Of a stretch of 64,000 nt of DNA, positions 28,047 to 36,290 are shown piece by piece. Both the position numbers and the translations under genes were made by a program. The notes beneath the pieces are model-generated. The model made no database searches and was not told the DNA's origin. It worked only from the letters and a program-made list of their open reading frames with translations. Positions within the stretch are counted from its first letter, which is position 1. Every line of letters begins with the position of its first letter. Origin of the DNA: an uncultured Thermoplasmatales archaeon (GTDB lineage Archaea; Thermoplasmatota; E2; UBA202; DSCA01). The stretch is from positions 1-64,000 of the forward strand of contig CAZESS010000003.1 of the NCBI GenBank assembly GCA_964514975.1, written 5' to 3'.

Positions 28047-29243
28047 TCATCGGTAGCTCTGCCACGCTTCTTGCAAATCCTCTCGCTGGATGGTGTCCAT
28101 CACGTAGTCGGCGAACTCGGCGCCGGTGGCCCCGTCGGAGCGGCCGGTGCACACGTGTTTTTTCTCGTACTGGCTGCAGATGTCGAGTGCCATGTCCAGC
28201 TTGCGAGCTTTTTCCTTGTATCCCAGATGGTTGAGCAGCATCGACGCGGCCTTCATGATGCTCGTGGGGTCGGCATACTGCGCCCGGTCCTCGTCGACCA
28301 TTCTGGGCGCGGAGCCGTGGATGGCCTCAAACATCGCGTATCGCTTTCCGATGTTGGCGCTGCCGGCGGTGCCGACGCCGCCCTGTATCTGCGCTGCCTC
28401 GTCGGTGAGGATGTCGCCGAACAGGTTGGGCATGACGATGACGCGGAACTGGCTTCGCCGGGCTGGGTCGATGAGCTTGGCGGCCATGATGTCCACGAAC
28501 CAGTCGTCCCAGTCGATGTCGGGGTATTCCCTGGCGATTTCCTCCGCGATGCTGAGGAACGTGCCGTCGGTGGTCTTGACCACGTTGGCCTTGGTAACGA
28601 CGGTGACGCGGTCGATGTCGTTTTTCTTTGCGTGCTCGAAGGCAAGGCGGATGATGCGCTCAGATCCCGGCGAGGTCGTCACGGCGAAGTCGAAGGCGAG
28701 GTCGTCGTCTGCCAGGGTGATGCCCTTGCGGCCCAGGGTGTAGGCGCCCTCGGTGTTCTCCCGGAAGAACACCCAGTCGATGTTTTTGGATGGTACCTTG
28801 ACGGGCCGGACGTTGGCGAACAGGTCGAGCTCGCGGCGCATGACCACGTTTGCGCTCTCGATGTTCGGCCACTTATCGCCTTTTTTCGGGGTCGTCGTCG
28901 GTCCCTTGAGCAGGACGTGACATTGCTTTATCTTTTCCATGACGTCGTCGGGGATGGCCTGCAATGCTTCCGCACGGTTTTCTATGGTCAGGCCTTCGAT
29001 GTTTCTGAACTCGATTTTGCCCTGTTCGACTTCGTCCTGCAACAGGAATCGGAGGACGCGCTCTGCCTCCTTACATATGTAGGGGCCGATGCCGTCGCCG
29101 CCCACGATGCCGATTTTTATGGGCGTGAGCTGGCCGTAGTCTATCCAGTCCTCCTCCGTGCGGAGGCGCTGCAGTCGCTCTATCTGTTCTTCGGCGATGG
29201 TGCCGAAGTGTTCTCGTGCCTGTTCTATATCTTTTTCATACAT
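28047..29243 (-). CDS. icd: Isocitrate dehydrogenase (IDH/IPMDH family)
   Basis: GDGIGP, KGPTTTP, SANVVMRR (isocitrate-type S-x-N), RENTEG, NLFGDILTD and HGSAP motifs; in an operon with aconitase. Confidence 0.85.
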   Translation of the reverse strand: MYEKDIEQAREHFGTIAEEQIERLQRLRTEEDWIDYGQLTPIKIGIVGGDGIGPYICKEAERVLRFLLQDEVEQGKIEFRNIEGLTIENRAEALQAIPDDVMEKIKQCHVLLKGPTTTPKKGDKWPNIESANVVMRRELDLFANVRPVKVPSKNIDWVFFRENTEGAYTLGRKGITLADDDLAFDFAVTTSPGSERIIRLAFEHAKKNDIDRVTVVTKANVVKTTDGTFLSIAEEIAREYPDIDWDDWFVDIMAAKLIDPARRSQFRVIVMPNLFGDILTDEAAQIQGGVGTAGSANIGKRYAMFEAIHGSAPRMVDEDRAQYADPTSIMKAASMLLNHLGYKEKARKLDMALDICSQYEKKHVCTGRSDGATGAEFADYVMDTIQREDLQEAWQSYR

Positions 29244-29267
29244 GGTTTTTTCACCTTGTGGTGAGAT

Positions 29268-30821
29268 TTATGTCACGCGGGGCACCACGTCGATGATGGT
29301 GCCGTCGCGGTATTCCACCAGCGCCGCCAGGTCGTCGCCCCAGTCTGGTTCTTTTTGCTCTGTTATACCTGCACGGCTGTAGGCCAGGTTTTTGAGGTCT
29401 TCGATGTCCACCAGTGTGAGGTCTGTCTGCTTCAGCCTGTCGTGCAGGTCGTCCCTCGCGGGATTCACGGCGATGCCGTACTCCGTCACTACTGCATCGA
29501 CGGTCTCGCCGGGCGTGGTGACCGTGGTGACGTCGTCGACGACGATGGGCAGCCGGCCGCGCATCAACGGTGCCGTGATGATGGTCAGGGCGGCGCCGGC
29601 AGCCGTGTCCTGATGGCCGCCGATGGGATGGGCGAGAACGCCATTTGAAAAGGTGACGGTGTTGACGTTGAAGCTCGTGTCTACCTCGGTGGCGCCGAGC
29701 ACCACCACGTCCAGATTGTTGACCAGGCAGCCTTTGCCGTGCACATTGCTATAATGATCGATGCCCACGATGTGGTGGTCGTCGTCCTCCTGCAGCGACT
29801 GTATCGCGGCGGGATCAAACGCCTGCCCGGTCAGCAATTGTTTGACCCGTTTTTTGTGCAGGATGTCGACGATGTATTCCGTGGTGCCGCCCATGGCCCA
29901 TGAGGCAACGTGGTCCTCGTTTTCCAGCAGCTCGCCCAGAAACTTGGTGAACGCGAGCGATATACCACCGGCGCCCGCCTGGAACGATGAACCGTCGTAA
30001 ATGGCACCGGCTGTATGGGCAAGCTGAACCGCGTCGCGTGCAATCTTGAGACGGGTCGGCGAGCGGGTGATGCGCAACGTACCGCTCACGATGTGCTCGG
30101 GGTCGCCGATCCGGTCGACCATCGCCACCGCATCGACGTGCTGCTCGCTTATCTCAGCGGGCATACATGGATATTCGACGAGATTGTCGGTCACCACCAC
30201 GGCTTTTTCTCCATAGAGCGCGTCGGGCACGCTGTACTGGATGCAGCCGCAGGCGTTGGGGCCGAAGCGGCCGGTGCAGTTGCCCGCATAGTCGGATGAC
30301 GGAGCGCCGATGAATGCCACATCGACGTGGATGTCGCCGGCGGTCACGGCGCGGGCGCGTCCCCCGTGGCTGCGCACCCGGACGGGCTCGTCGAACACGC
30401 CATCTGAGACGGCCTCGCCGATTTTGCCGCGGTAGGAGCCGCCCTCTATGTAGCCCACGGTGCCGTCCCGGATGCTCCTGAGCAGCATATCCTCCTGGCA
30501 GGGAAATGTCGACGACGGCGCCAGCGTCAGGTTTTTCAGGCCGAGCTCGTGGGCTGCCTCGAGCACCAGGTTCATGACCCGGTCGCCGTTGCGGAAATGG
30601 TGATGGAACGAGATGGTCATGCCATCTTCCAGGTCGACCTGCTGCATCGCCTTTTTGACGGCCTTCACGGTCTTGTTCCGCCGGCCGGGCGAGGCCACGT
30701 AGCCGAGACGGGGCGCGGCTTTGCATCCCGACGGCGTATGGGCAAACGCGCCCTGGAAGGGCTGCAGCGTCTGGCCGCCGGCTTTTTCGGGGATATCTCG
30801 TCCAACTGCGTTTTCTGGCAT
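29268..30821 (-). CDS. citF: Citrate lyase alpha subunit / citrate CoA-transferase
   Basis: DGMTISFHHHFRNGD, RSHGGRARA, FQAGAGG, GGHQDTAAGA and EYRDGT motifs. Confidence 0.93.
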   Translation of the reverse strand: MPENAVGRDIPEKAGGQTLQPFQGAFAHTPSGCKAAPRLGYVASPGRRNKTVKAVKKAMQQVDLEDGMTISFHHHFRNGDRVMNLVLEAAHELGLKNLTLAPSSTFPCQEDMLLRSIRDGTVGYIEGGSYRGKIGEAVSDGVFDEPVRVRSHGGRARAVTAGDIHVDVAFIGAPSSDYAGNCTGRFGPNACGCIQYSVPDALYGEKAVVVTDNLVEYPCMPAEISEQHVDAVAMVDRIGDPEHIVSGTLRITRSPTRLKIARDAVQLAHTAGAIYDGSSFQAGAGGISLAFTKFLGELLENEDHVASWAMGGTTEYIVDILHKKRVKQLLTGQAFDPAAIQSLQEDDDHHIVGIDHYSNVHGKGCLVNNLDVVVLGATEVDTSFNVNTVTFSNGVLAHPIGGHQDTAAGAALTIITAPLMRGRLPIVVDDVTTVTTPGETVDAVVTEYGIAVNPARDDLHDRLKQTDLTLVDIEDLKNLAYSRAGITEQKEPDWGDDLAALVEYRDGTIIDVVPRVT

Positions 30822-30824
30822 GGT

Positions 30825-31739
30825 TTACATCTCCTCCACGATGTCGGGAATCTTTTCTGCGTCTATCAGGCCGCCGAGCCGCGCTATCATGAGGGTGCGC
30901 TGTGCCCGCTCGACGACGGGCTTGTCGATCATTTTTCTGCCCAGGGAGGCGACGCCGCTTCCCCTGGCCCTGGCCTCCTCGATGGCCTGCATGACCTTTA
31001 GGGCGTGCTCGATTTCCTCCCGGGTGGGGTTGAAGGCTCGATGGATTGCGTCGACCTGGTTGGGATGGATGGCGGCTTTGCCGTCGAAGCCAAGCTGGCG
31101 CATCTTGACGGCCTGCCTGTGCAACCCCTCGAGGTCCTGCACGTCGCTGTAAACGGTGTCGAGCGCCTGTTTGCCGGCTGCCTTCGCTGCGGCGATGAGC
31201 CGCTGCCGGGGCCACGCAAGCTCTTCCTCGGTGCTGCTTTTTTCGCCGCCGACGTCGCGGGTGTAGTCCTCGCCGCCGAACGACAGGGCAACGATGCGGT
31301 CGCCGGACAGCGCGATGTCGTAGGCATGGATGATACCCCTGGCGCTTTCGATGAGCGGCACGACCGATGTTTGGGTGTCAAGGTCGTGCTCTGCCTCCAC
31401 CTGGTCGAGCAGCGAGGCGAGCTGGACAACCTGCTGCGGCGTCTCCGCCTTGGGGAGGTAAATACCGTCGACGGCGCCGGTAGCAACGACTGTTTTGACA
31501 TCATCTTCGCCCCAGGGGGTGTCGAGCGCGTTGACCCTGACGGTTATCTCTGACTCGCCGAGGTCGAGGTCGCGGAGCGCCTCGGTAACCAGCCAGCGAG
31601 CCGCCACCTTCTGGTCGGGGGCGACGCTGTCCTCGAGGTCGAGCGTGATGACGTCGGCGCCGAACAACGCACACGTGGACAGCATCCGGGGAACGTTTCC
31701 TGGCACGTATATCCGGCTGCGCCGGAGCCTGTATGTCAT
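30825..31739 (-). CDS. citE: Citrate lyase beta subunit / citryl-CoA lyase
   Basis: LRRS..YVPG, DLEDSV, VRVN, GGEDY, GFDGK..IHP and MIDKP motifs. Confidence 0.93.
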   Translation of the reverse strand: MTYRLRRSRIYVPGNVPRMLSTCALFGADVITLDLEDSVAPDQKVAARWLVTEALRDLDLGESEITVRVNALDTPWGEDDVKTVVATGAVDGIYLPKAETPQQVVQLASLLDQVEAEHDLDTQTSVVPLIESARGIIHAYDIALSGDRIVALSFGGEDYTRDVGGEKSSTEEELAWPRQRLIAAAKAAGKQALDTVYSDVQDLEGLHRQAVKMRQLGFDGKAAIHPNQVDAIHRAFNPTREEIEHALKVMQAIEEARARGSGVASLGRKMIDKPVVERAQRTLMIARLGGLIDAEKIPDIVEEM

Positions 31740-32014
31740 TGTTCCTCCCTCGCCTCTAACACGGCGGCCTTGGTTCGAGCGCGGATGGTGAAATCATAGG
31801 CCCAGTTGTCCTGCACCGTGACGGCTGCATCCTGGACGTCCATCTCGTCGAGCGCTGCCCGGACGGCTGCCTCGATTTCCTCGCCGAACTGCCGGGCGCC
31901 CTTGCCCGTGACCTCGACCGAGATGCCGCTGCCCGCCGGTGCGGGCGATAGCGTGACGGCGGCGTCTTCTTTGCTGTCGGTGCCGACCATGACCTCTCTT
32001 TTTATTTCGGTCAT
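31736..32014 (-). CDS. citD: Citrate lyase gamma (acyl carrier) subunit, atypical attachment motif
   Basis: 92 aa with QFGEEI and AYDFTIRAR; sits before citE. Motif is GTDSKED instead of canonical GTLES(S/G)D. Confidence 0.85.
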   Translation of the reverse strand: MTEIKREVMVGTDSKEDAAVTLSPAPAGSGISVEVTGKGARQFGEEIEAAVRAALDEMDVQDAAVTVQDNWAYDFTIRARTKAAVLEAREEQ

Positions 32015-32023
32015 ATTGTTACC

Positions 32024-33940
32024 TCATTCTTTTTTGTGCTTTATCCAGGGGAGCAGGCCGCCGGTGAGCATGACGTCCCGTTCCTCCTGGCCCAGGTCGT
32101 GTTGCAGCTCGTATGTTTCGTCCTTGCTGTGGTTTGTGAGCGTGATGTCTCCGGTGAACCGGCCGATGTGCAGCTCGAGTTCGTCACCCTGGTCGATACG
32201 GTCGTAACCGTCTGGCTCGGCGAACGTCAGGGGGACGATACCGAAGTTGATGAGGTTGGCGCGGTGGATGCGGGCAAAGGATTTCGCGATGACGGCTTTG
32301 ACGCCCAGGTATTTTGGTGCGATGGCGGCATGCTCGCGGCTGGAGCCCTGCCCGTAGTTTTCGCCGCCGATGATGAAGCCGCCGTCCTGTGCCGTGGCGC
32401 GCTCGTAGAAATCTGGGTCCATGCCGGAGAAGACATATTTGGATATCTCAGGGATGTTGCTCCTGAGCGGCAGGATTTTTGCGCCGGCGGGCATGATGTG
32501 GTCGGTGGTGATGTTGTCGCCGACCTTGATGAGCACGTCTCCCTCCAGCGTCTGCGGCAGCGGCGGAAAGTCGGGCAATGGCTGGATGTTGGGACCGCGC
32601 TGCACTTCAACGTGTGACGCTTCCTCGGGCGGCAGCGGCGGGATGATGAGGTTGTCGTTGATGATAAAATGGTCGGGCATCTCGATGACCGGCTGCTCGC
32701 CCATGCTCCGGGGGTCGGTCAGCTCGCCCTGGATGGCCGTCGCGGCTGCGACCTCGGGGCTGACGAGGAAGATGTCAGCGTCGGCGGTGCCGCTCCGTCC
32801 TTCGAAGTTCCGGTTGTATGTGCGCACCGTCGCCGACGCGCTCGGGGGCGCACCGCCCATGCCGATGCAGGGGCCGCAGGCATTTTCGATGATGCGCGCA
32901 CCCGCGTCGACCAGATGAGTGTATTCGCCGCTCTGCACCAGATGCTCGACGACCTGACGGGAGCCGGGGTTGACAAGCAGCGCGAGGTTCGCTGCAACGG
33001 TGTTATCCTTCAAAATCTGCGCGGCCATTTTCATGTCCCGCAGCGATGAGTTGGTGCAGGAGCCAATGGCGACCTGCTCCACCTCCATGCCCTCAACTTC
33101 TTTGACGGGTTTGACGTTGCCGGGGCTGTGCGGCAGGGCGATGAGCGGCTCGAGCTCGCTGAGATTGATTTCGATGACCTTGTCGTACTCTGCATTTTCG
33201 TCTGCCTGCAACGGCTGCCATTCGTCGAGGCGGTCCTGCGCCCTGAACCATTGCTTCGTTATCTCATCGCTGGGGAAGATGCTCGTCGTAGCGCCTGTCT
33301 CGGTGCCCATGTTGGTGATCGTCGCGCGCTCCGGAACGCTCAGCGTCTGCACGCCGGGACCATAGTATTCGAAGACCCTGCCGACGCCGCCCTTGACGTC
33401 GACGCGGCGCAGCAGCTCCAGGATGACGTCCTTTGCGGACACCCAGTCGGGGAGCTCGCCGGTGAGCCTGACGCCGACGACCTCGGGGCATTTCAGGGTG
33501 AACGGTTCACCTGCCATCGCTGCGGCGACGTTCAACCCGCCGGCGCCGATGGCCAGCGAGCCGACGCCGCCCGCCGTCGGAGTGTGGCTGTCGCTGCCCA
33601 GCAATGTTTTGCCGGGCTGCGCGAATCGCTCGAGATGAAGCTGATGGCAGATGCCGTTGCCCGGCCTGGAGAAATACAGGCCGTAGCGCTGCGCTATAGA
33701 CTGGAGGTAGCGGTGGTCGTCGGCGTTGCGGAAGTCGGTCTGCAGCGTGTTGTGGTCGACGTAGCTGACTGATCGCTCGGTTTGCACGCGGTCGACGCCC
33801 ATTGCCTCGAATTCGAGGTATGCCATGGTGCCCGTCGCGTCCTGGGTCAGCGTTTGGTCGATGGTGATGGCGATATCGTCGCCCGTGTTCAGCTCTCCAT
33901 CCACGAAATGTTCCCTCAATATTTTGCGTGTCAGGTTCAT
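32024..33940 (-). CDS. acn: Aconitate hydratase (short ~640-aa type)
   Basis: QDATG, DHN, GICHQ, DSHT, GSCTN, CGPCIG, NRNF, TTDHI.PAG and GSSREHAA motifs. Confidence 0.92.
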   Translation of the reverse strand: MNLTRKILREHFVDGELNTGDDIAITIDQTLTQDATGTMAYLEFEAMGVDRVQTERSVSYVDHNTLQTDFRNADDHRYLQSIAQRYGLYFSRPGNGICHQLHLERFAQPGKTLLGSDSHTPTAGGVGSLAIGAGGLNVAAAMAGEPFTLKCPEVVGVRLTGELPDWVSAKDVILELLRRVDVKGGVGRVFEYYGPGVQTLSVPERATITNMGTETGATTSIFPSDEITKQWFRAQDRLDEWQPLQADENAEYDKVIEINLSELEPLIALPHSPGNVKPVKEVEGMEVEQVAIGSCTNSSLRDMKMAAQILKDNTVAANLALLVNPGSRQVVEHLVQSGEYTHLVDAGARIIENACGPCIGMGGAPPSASATVRTYNRNFEGRSGTADADIFLVSPEVAAATAIQGELTDPRSMGEQPVIEMPDHFIINDNLIIPPLPPEEASHVEVQRGPNIQPLPDFPPLPQTLEGDVLIKVGDNITTDHIMPAGAKILPLRSNIPEISKYVFSGMDPDFYERATAQDGGFIIGGENYGQGSSREHAAIAPKYLGVKAVIAKSFARIHRANLINFGIVPLTFAEPDGYDRIDQGDELELHIGRFTGDITLTNHSKDETYELQHDLGQEERDVMLTGGLLPWIKHKKE

Positions 33941-33962
33941 CTGGTCGGCGAATAGGACATGC

Positions 33963-34057
33963 CATATAAAAAGTTTTTTATCAAATAATAAAAAAAACTG
34001 TAAATAATAATATTTTGTTAAAAAAATACAAAATATATTTTACAATTTAACAAAAAA
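33963..34057. promoter_or_regulatory. AT-rich promoter/operator of the acn-citDEF-icd operon
   Basis: Minus-strand TATA at 33963-33972; inverted repeats ATATTTTGT-N9-ACAAAATAT (34010-34036) and TTTTGTTAAA-N23-TTTAACAAAA (34013-34055). Confidence 0.6.
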
Positions 34058-34305
34058 TGTCCGTCAATCAACGCATGGAGCGTCAACCGGCCATCGATGG
34101 CCGCACTGCTCACACTGCAGATACAGATGCTGCTCCGGTACCATGCCGTTCGTCGACCAGGGAACACGCGCCACGACAGCCAGCTCGTCGCTGCCGCATC
34201 GCGGACAGCCCGCTCGCCGGCCCATACCTCATACCCTGCGACGATAACAACCGCGCGCACGATGCGAGGGCAAAACGTTTAACCACGGCGGCGCATTACC
34301 CGGCG

Positions 34306-34878
34306 ATGAAAACTGTCAAGCTGGCTCGCTTTCCCAAGATAAAACACCTGCAGGGCGCAGGGCCGTGCTGCGTCCCGGCATCCATCGAAAACGTGGTCCG
34401 GTATCACGGCGGCGACGTATCGCAGCAGGACATACGAGCATGGTGCACCGAACGGTATGGCGACACCGACGACATCGACCTCAACATGGCCAGACAGGTC
34501 ATGGAAGACACCTACGGCGACGGCTTCTCCTACCATGTAAAAAACGTGCGGAACTGTCCCGCCATATCGAGCGAAAAAGACATGCTGGCGATCATCCAGG
34601 AAGCGATAGACCTCGACATTCCGGTCATCGTGCAGATGAACTTTCCATCCTGCCTCTATCTGCCGTCATACAGCACGACGAGCGAGCAATATGTGCTCAC
34701 CGTGCTCGGCGCCTCGGAAAACCACGTGCTGATATGGGACACCAACCCCGGCGTGCTGGCGCTCCCCGTCGTGGTCTCCAGAGAATGGATGACCGACCAC
34801 ATGGCATCGAGCTGCACCAGCCTCTGGATTATACCAGAGGGCAAAGAAAACGAGGCCGAGGCACTGTTCACGGCATAG
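34306..34878 (+). CDS. Peptidase C39-like fold protein, possibly inactive
   Basis: Q..G..CVPAS...V.RY.G.DVSQ.DI, PVIV, YVLTVLG and IWD motifs; the His expected before the beta-strand is absent. Confidence 0.5.
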   Translation: MKTVKLARFPKIKHLQGAGPCCVPASIENVVRYHGGDVSQQDIRAWCTERYGDTDDIDLNMARQVMEDTYGDGFSYHVKNVRNCPAISSEKDMLAIIQEAIDLDIPVIVQMNFPSCLYLPSYSTTSEQYVLTVLGASENHVLIWDTNPGVLALPVVVSREWMTDHMASSCTSLWIIPEGKENEAEALFTA

Positions 34879-34884
34879 CTACCG

Positions 34885-35325
34885 TCATAGCTCCGACAGC
34901 ACCATGTCGACGGCGTGGGGCACCACCCCGGCAATGACGGGGCTCAGCTGCTCCGACAGCTCACAGTCTCCTATCACCACACCAATGACCACGATGTCGG
35001 GCAGCCCACCGCTGATTTTTTTGAAGTATTCCAGCGCGGTTCCGAAATCGATGCCGTGGGGATGCGAGTCCGAGGCAGATGCGAATGCGTCGGGGGTCAG
35101 CCGGCAGATGTCGCCTCTCTCTGCCTCGCCATCCCGGATGGAGTCGACGATGACCGCTCGGTCGTAGCCGGCCAGGCGTTCAACCAGGGGCAGCCCGCCG
35201 GTCATGGCCTCCTCGACGTCCACGCCGGGGTCGTCAATCCGCTGCCGGAGCATCCGTACCACATGCAGCCCGACGGCGTCGTCGCCGCAGATGGGGTTGC
35301 CCACCCCGACCACAATCGTTGCCAC
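34885..35325 (-). CDS. [NiFe]-hydrogenase maturation protease
   Basis: GVGN..CGDDAVG, IVDS and HPH motifs; MvhA carries a cleavable tail after its L2 motif. Confidence 0.88.
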   Translation of the reverse strand: MATIVVGVGNPICGDDAVGLHVVRMLRQRIDDPGVDVEEAMTGGLPLVERLAGYDRAVIVDSIRDGEAERGDICRLTPDAFASASDSHPHGIDFGTALEYFKKISGGLPDIVVIGVVIGDCELSEQLSPVIAGVVPHAVDMVLSEL

Positions 35326-35402
35326 GGACCAGCAGCACGGAGGATGCATAAAAACGTTGTGCGGGCGAACCATTTAAGAATAGATGGCACATCAGCATAT
35401 CC

Positions 35403-36272
35403 ATGGGAATCTATGTAAACCAGGACACCAGGGTCGTCGTCCAGGGCATCACCGGCGGCCAGGGTCGCACGCATGCCAGGTTCATGCAGGACTACGGCAC
35501 CGATATCGTTGCAGGCGTCACCCCGGGCAAGGGCGGCAGCGAGGTGCACGACGTCCCCGTCTTCAACACCGTCCGGCAGGCACGGGAGGAAACCGGATGC
35601 AACGCATCAATCATCTTCGTGCCCGCCCGGTTTGCCAAAGATGCAACAATCGAGGCCATCGAGGCGGACATGGACCCCGTGGTCGTCATAACCGAGAGCA
35701 TCCCCGTGCATGACAGCACCACCATCATGCACATCGCCGGGCAGCACGGAACCACCATCATCGGCCCGAACACGCCGGGCATCATCACCCCCGGCGAGAC
35801 GAAACTCGGCATCATGCCAAACCACATTTTCAGGCCCGGCCACATCGGACTGGTATCACGCTCCGGGACGCTGACCTACGAAATCGTCAACGCCATCGTC
35901 CGTCACGGCTACGGCCAGTCGACCGCGCTGGGATTAGGAGGCGACCCCATCGTCGGCCTTGACTTCATCGACGTTCTCCAGCAGTTCAACGACGACGATG
36001 CAACAGAAGCGATTATCATGGTTGGCGAAATCGGCGGCTCAGCCGAAGAAAACGCCGCAGCGTATATAGAGCAGCAGGTGGACAAGCCCGTGGTCGCCTA
36101 CATCGCCGGGCGGACCGCCCCCAAGGGCAAACGGATGGGGCATGCCGGCGCCATCGTCTCCAAAAGCGGGACGGGCACCGCGGAATCCAAGATGCAGGCG
36201 CTCAAGCAGGCCGGCGTTTCTGTTGCGAGGATGCCGACGGAGCTCGGCGAGCTGCTGGACGACGTGCGCTAA
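35403..36272 (+). CDS. sucD: Succinyl-CoA synthetase alpha subunit
   Basis: VQGITG, GVTPGKGG, IGPNTPG, SRSGTLTYE, GEIGG and RMGHAGA (phospho-His) motifs. Confidence 0.93.
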   Translation: MGIYVNQDTRVVVQGITGGQGRTHARFMQDYGTDIVAGVTPGKGGSEVHDVPVFNTVRQAREETGCNASIIFVPARFAKDATIEAIEADMDPVVVITESIPVHDSTTIMHIAGQHGTTIIGPNTPGIITPGETKLGIMPNHIFRPGHIGLVSRSGTLTYEIVNAIVRHGYGQSTALGLGGDPIVGLDFIDVLQQFNDDDATEAIIMVGEIGGSAEENAAAYIEQQVDKPVVAYIAGRTAPKGKRMGHAGAIVSKSGTGTAESKMQALKQAGVSVARMPTELGELLDDVR

Positions 36273-36290
36273 CGGGCCGGCAGTTCTTTT

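Noticed and set aside
34088-34103. Perfect 16-bp palindrome CGGCCATCGATGGCCG
   Set aside because: About one such palindrome is expected by chance in 64 kb of GC-rich DNA, and it has no second copy that I could see.
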